A stretch of 64,000 nt of DNA from Hypanus sabinus (lineage: Eukaryota), in contig NC_082708.1 of assembly GCF_030144855.1 (NCBI RefSeq), positions 59,582,001 to 59,646,000 of the forward strand. The letters run 5' to 3'. The translations under genes were made by a program, and so were the position numbers. This document shows, piece after piece, positions 61,200 through 64,000 of this stretch. The notes below the pieces were generated by a model, which searched no databases, was not told the DNA's origin, and saw only the letters and a list, made by a program, of their open reading frames with translations. The first letter of the stretch is position 1; each line of letters starts with the position of its first letter.

Positions 61200-61480
61200 A
61201 ACCTTGTCCTGAATCAGCGCTCCCGCGAGCACAACATCGCCAAACACTGCGAAGACGAGCGCACCTGCGAGCCACACAATCCTGCATTCCGCACAGTGCA
61301 CGCCACTCACCTTGCTTCAACCCAACTTCGTGACGAGTCCGTGGTGGAAGCTGGTAGCGCATCGACGTCCGGACTTTGTAGTTTTATGTCAGTGTTTTTA
61401 CGTGACTTTCCCTAAGCCTGATCCAATAACGAACCACAACTCCCAGATTGCAAAGCAGCACACATGCGCATTACCATGTG
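61200..61480 (-). promoter_or_regulatory. KCTD21: KCTD21 CpG-rich promoter and non-coding exon 1 (donor after 61311)
   Basis: Minus-strand donor AAG|GTGAGT. ACTACA-type/ZNF143-like motifs at 61371-61382 and 61433-61452, CCAAT at 61423, and NRF1-like CATGCGCA at 61463. Confidence 0.7.
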
Positions 61481-62339
61481 GATGGCTGTAATCAGCATTG
61501 AACCTAATGCAGTTCTTTCGTTTTCTATGCTGGGTTCATGAAACTCAACAGGCTTGTTTTGCTGGATTCATGAAGCAATACTTAAGTCACCCCCCCCCCC
61601 AAACAAAATGTCTAAAAGAGAAAAAGCAGTATTAAAAGAGAAAAGCTGAGTTAATATTTCAGATCAATGAAATAATTCTGAGCTATATTATTCTTTCATC
61701 AAAATTGATCAAAATGAAATCATGATAATTTATGTTTAATATTTAAATCCATTACAGTGTTTAAGAGTTGGACATGAAATTGGAATTGCTAGTTATTTAA
61801 AAGCCAACGGATCCAATTAACTGTGAGAAACTGGATACAACATTAGCTCAGTGTTAGGAAGAAAAGGAAATGGTTAACATGTTTTTTGTAACCAGTAGTT
61901 AAGTTACAAGTTGAGTTACATGGAGCTCAATTGGAGACGTGAATGAGACTTCAATATAACTATGAGGAAACTTTAAGACTGAAGGAAAATATGGATTGTC
62001 AGTTGTATAGACAAGTGACAAATGCAGAAGTAGACAGTTATATCTTTGGAAGATTTATGACATGGAAAGAAACTTCTAGCTCATTGGTATTTTGATGCTG
62101 TTGGTGTCCTTGGGTTCCAGGCCATGAAGATTATAGGTTTGGAATGGATTGTTGAAGAAGACTTTGTTTAGTCACTGTAGTGCATTTGATGGTTGGTGTT
62201 GAGTGAAACAAATGCTTAGGGTTCAAAGTTCAAAGTAAATTTACTATCAAAGTATCCACATGATACCTTGAGATTCATTTCACCTTGAGGTGTGGCAGGG
62301 CTTGAATACTAATACCTCATTAATTTAAATCATTCAACA

Positions 62340-63919
62340 TAGGCGATAGCAGGGCTTTGCCTCCAGAAGGACTCAATGCCTCCTATGCTCACGTTGACCG
62401 TCAAAGGAAAGAGGAACCTTCATGAACTCCAACAGCCCCTGATGATCCTGTGATTTCAGTATCTGAGGCAAACTTGTGAGCACCCTCAGGAGTATGAAGC
62501 CACAAAAAGCATCTGGCCCAGAAGGGGTACCTGGCCAAATACTAAAGACCTGTGCTGGGGTGTTCACCGAGATCTTTTGCCTCTCACTTTGGCAGTCTTT
62601 ACCTCCCTGCTTCAAGCAGGCTTCAATTATACTTCAATTAAGAAGAAGATGGCTACCTGCCCCAGTGACTATCATCCAGTAGCACTTGCATCCACAGTGA
62701 TGAAGTGTTTTGAGAAGTTGGTGATGAAACACATCATCTCCTGCCTAAGAAGCAACTTGGATATGCTCCAATTTGTCTGCTGGAGCAACACGTCCACAGC
62801 AAATGCCATCTCATTGGTTCTTTTCTCAATCCTGAAACAGCAAAGATGCATACATCAGGATGTTCTTTATCAACTACAGCTCAGCATTCAATGCCATCAT
62901 CCCCTCAAAACTAATCAATAAGCTCCAAGACCTTGGCCTAAATACCTCCTTTTGCAATTGGATTCTGGAATTCCTCACTTGTAGCCCCTAGTCAGTTCAG
63001 ATTGGCAACAACATTTCCCCAATCTCCACCAGCTCAGGTGCACCACAAGGCTGGGTACTTAGCCCCCTGTTCTACTCATTTTACACTAATGACTGTGTGG
63101 CTAAGCGCTGCTCCAATTCCATATTCAAATTTGCTGATGATACCACCGTCACAGGCAAAATCGAAGGTGGTGATAAAACAACATATAGGAGGGAGATTGA
63201 AAATCTGGCTGAGTGGTGCCATAACAACAATCTCTTACTCAAAGTCAACAAGACCAAGGAGCTGCTTATTGATTTCAAAAGAAGGAAACCAGAGGTCCGT
63301 GTGCCAGTCCTCATAGAGGATCGGAGGTAGAGAGGATCAGCAACTTGAAATTCCTCATTGTTATTTTTTCGGAGGACCAAGCACGTAAGTACAATTACAA
63401 AGAAAGCACACCAACGCCTCTACTTCCTTAGGAGTTTACATAGATTTGGCATGACACCTAAAACTTTGACAACTGCTGTGGACATGTAGTGAAGAGTATG
63501 TTGACTGGCTGCATCACAGACTAATATGGAAACACTAATGCCCTTGAATGAAAAATCCTACGAAAACCTGGTGGATATGAACCACTCCATGGCTAGACCT
63601 CTCCACTATTGAGCACATCTAAGTGAAACACTGTCATAGAAGAGCAACAGGCATCATCTGGGACCCCCACCACCCAGGACATGCTCTCTTCTCACTGCTG
63701 TCATCAGGAAGAAAGTGCAGGAACCTCAGGACTCACACCACCAGGTACAGGAAGAGTTATTACCCCTCAGCCATCAGGCCCTTGAACTAAAGGGGATAAC
63801 TTCTGTTACGGTTATTATTTAATGGATTTATTGAGTATGCTCATAATAAAATTAATCTCAGGGTTGTATATGATGACATATGCATTTTGATAATAAATTT
63901 ATTGTGAACTTTGAACTTT
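62340..63919 (+). mobile_element. Rex1/Babar-like LINE, about 1.6 kb
   Basis: KASGPEGVPG, DYHPVALASTVMKCFEKLV and IFKFADDTTVTG, with tail GAACTTTGAACTTT. Confidence 0.85.
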
Positions 63920-64000
63920 TTGCAGGCATTTACAGAAAAAGAAATATAATAGAATGTTACATAAATCTATACATAAACAAGGACTGACAAACAACCAGTT

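Overview
Eukaryotic, intron-rich vertebrate DNA, most likely from a cartilaginous fish (probably a ray). This is inferred from HE1/V-type SINEs, abundant CR1, Rex1/Babar-like and Penelope-like repeats, and the protein sequences. Four complete genes can be assembled exon by exon. TXNDC9 (+): join 15859-16047,16798-16916,18556-18810,22228-22342, 225 aa. MRPL30 (-): join 34242-34207,32108-32025,29829-29683,27029-26956,26859-26727, 157 aa. MITD1 (+): join 38960-39104,40442-40543,45239-45375,45633-45716,46520-46635,48743-48803,52338-52433, 246 aa. KCTD21 (-): 57361-56579, 260 aa. There is also the likely first exon of an unidentified minus-strand gene at about 6.4 kb, and four CpG-rich promoter regions. 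Most other ORFs in the track are transposon debris. The most notable non-genic signals are: (1) a family of short, often fold-back Penelope-derived insertions with 9-17 bp target-site duplications carrying minimal hammerhead ribozymes, one with an intact core in the sense strand of a TXNDC9 intron; (2) a right terminal repeat that appears nearly identical to the Sleeping Beauty IR/DR, a candidate horizontal transfer; (3) a chimeric Tigger MITE whose ends closely resemble mammalian MER2; (4) two clean solo LTRs and a decayed Gypsy element with a tRNA-Leu-type PBS; (5) a gene neighbourhood that differs from the human one. Comparisons to reference sequences are from memory and need database confirmation.
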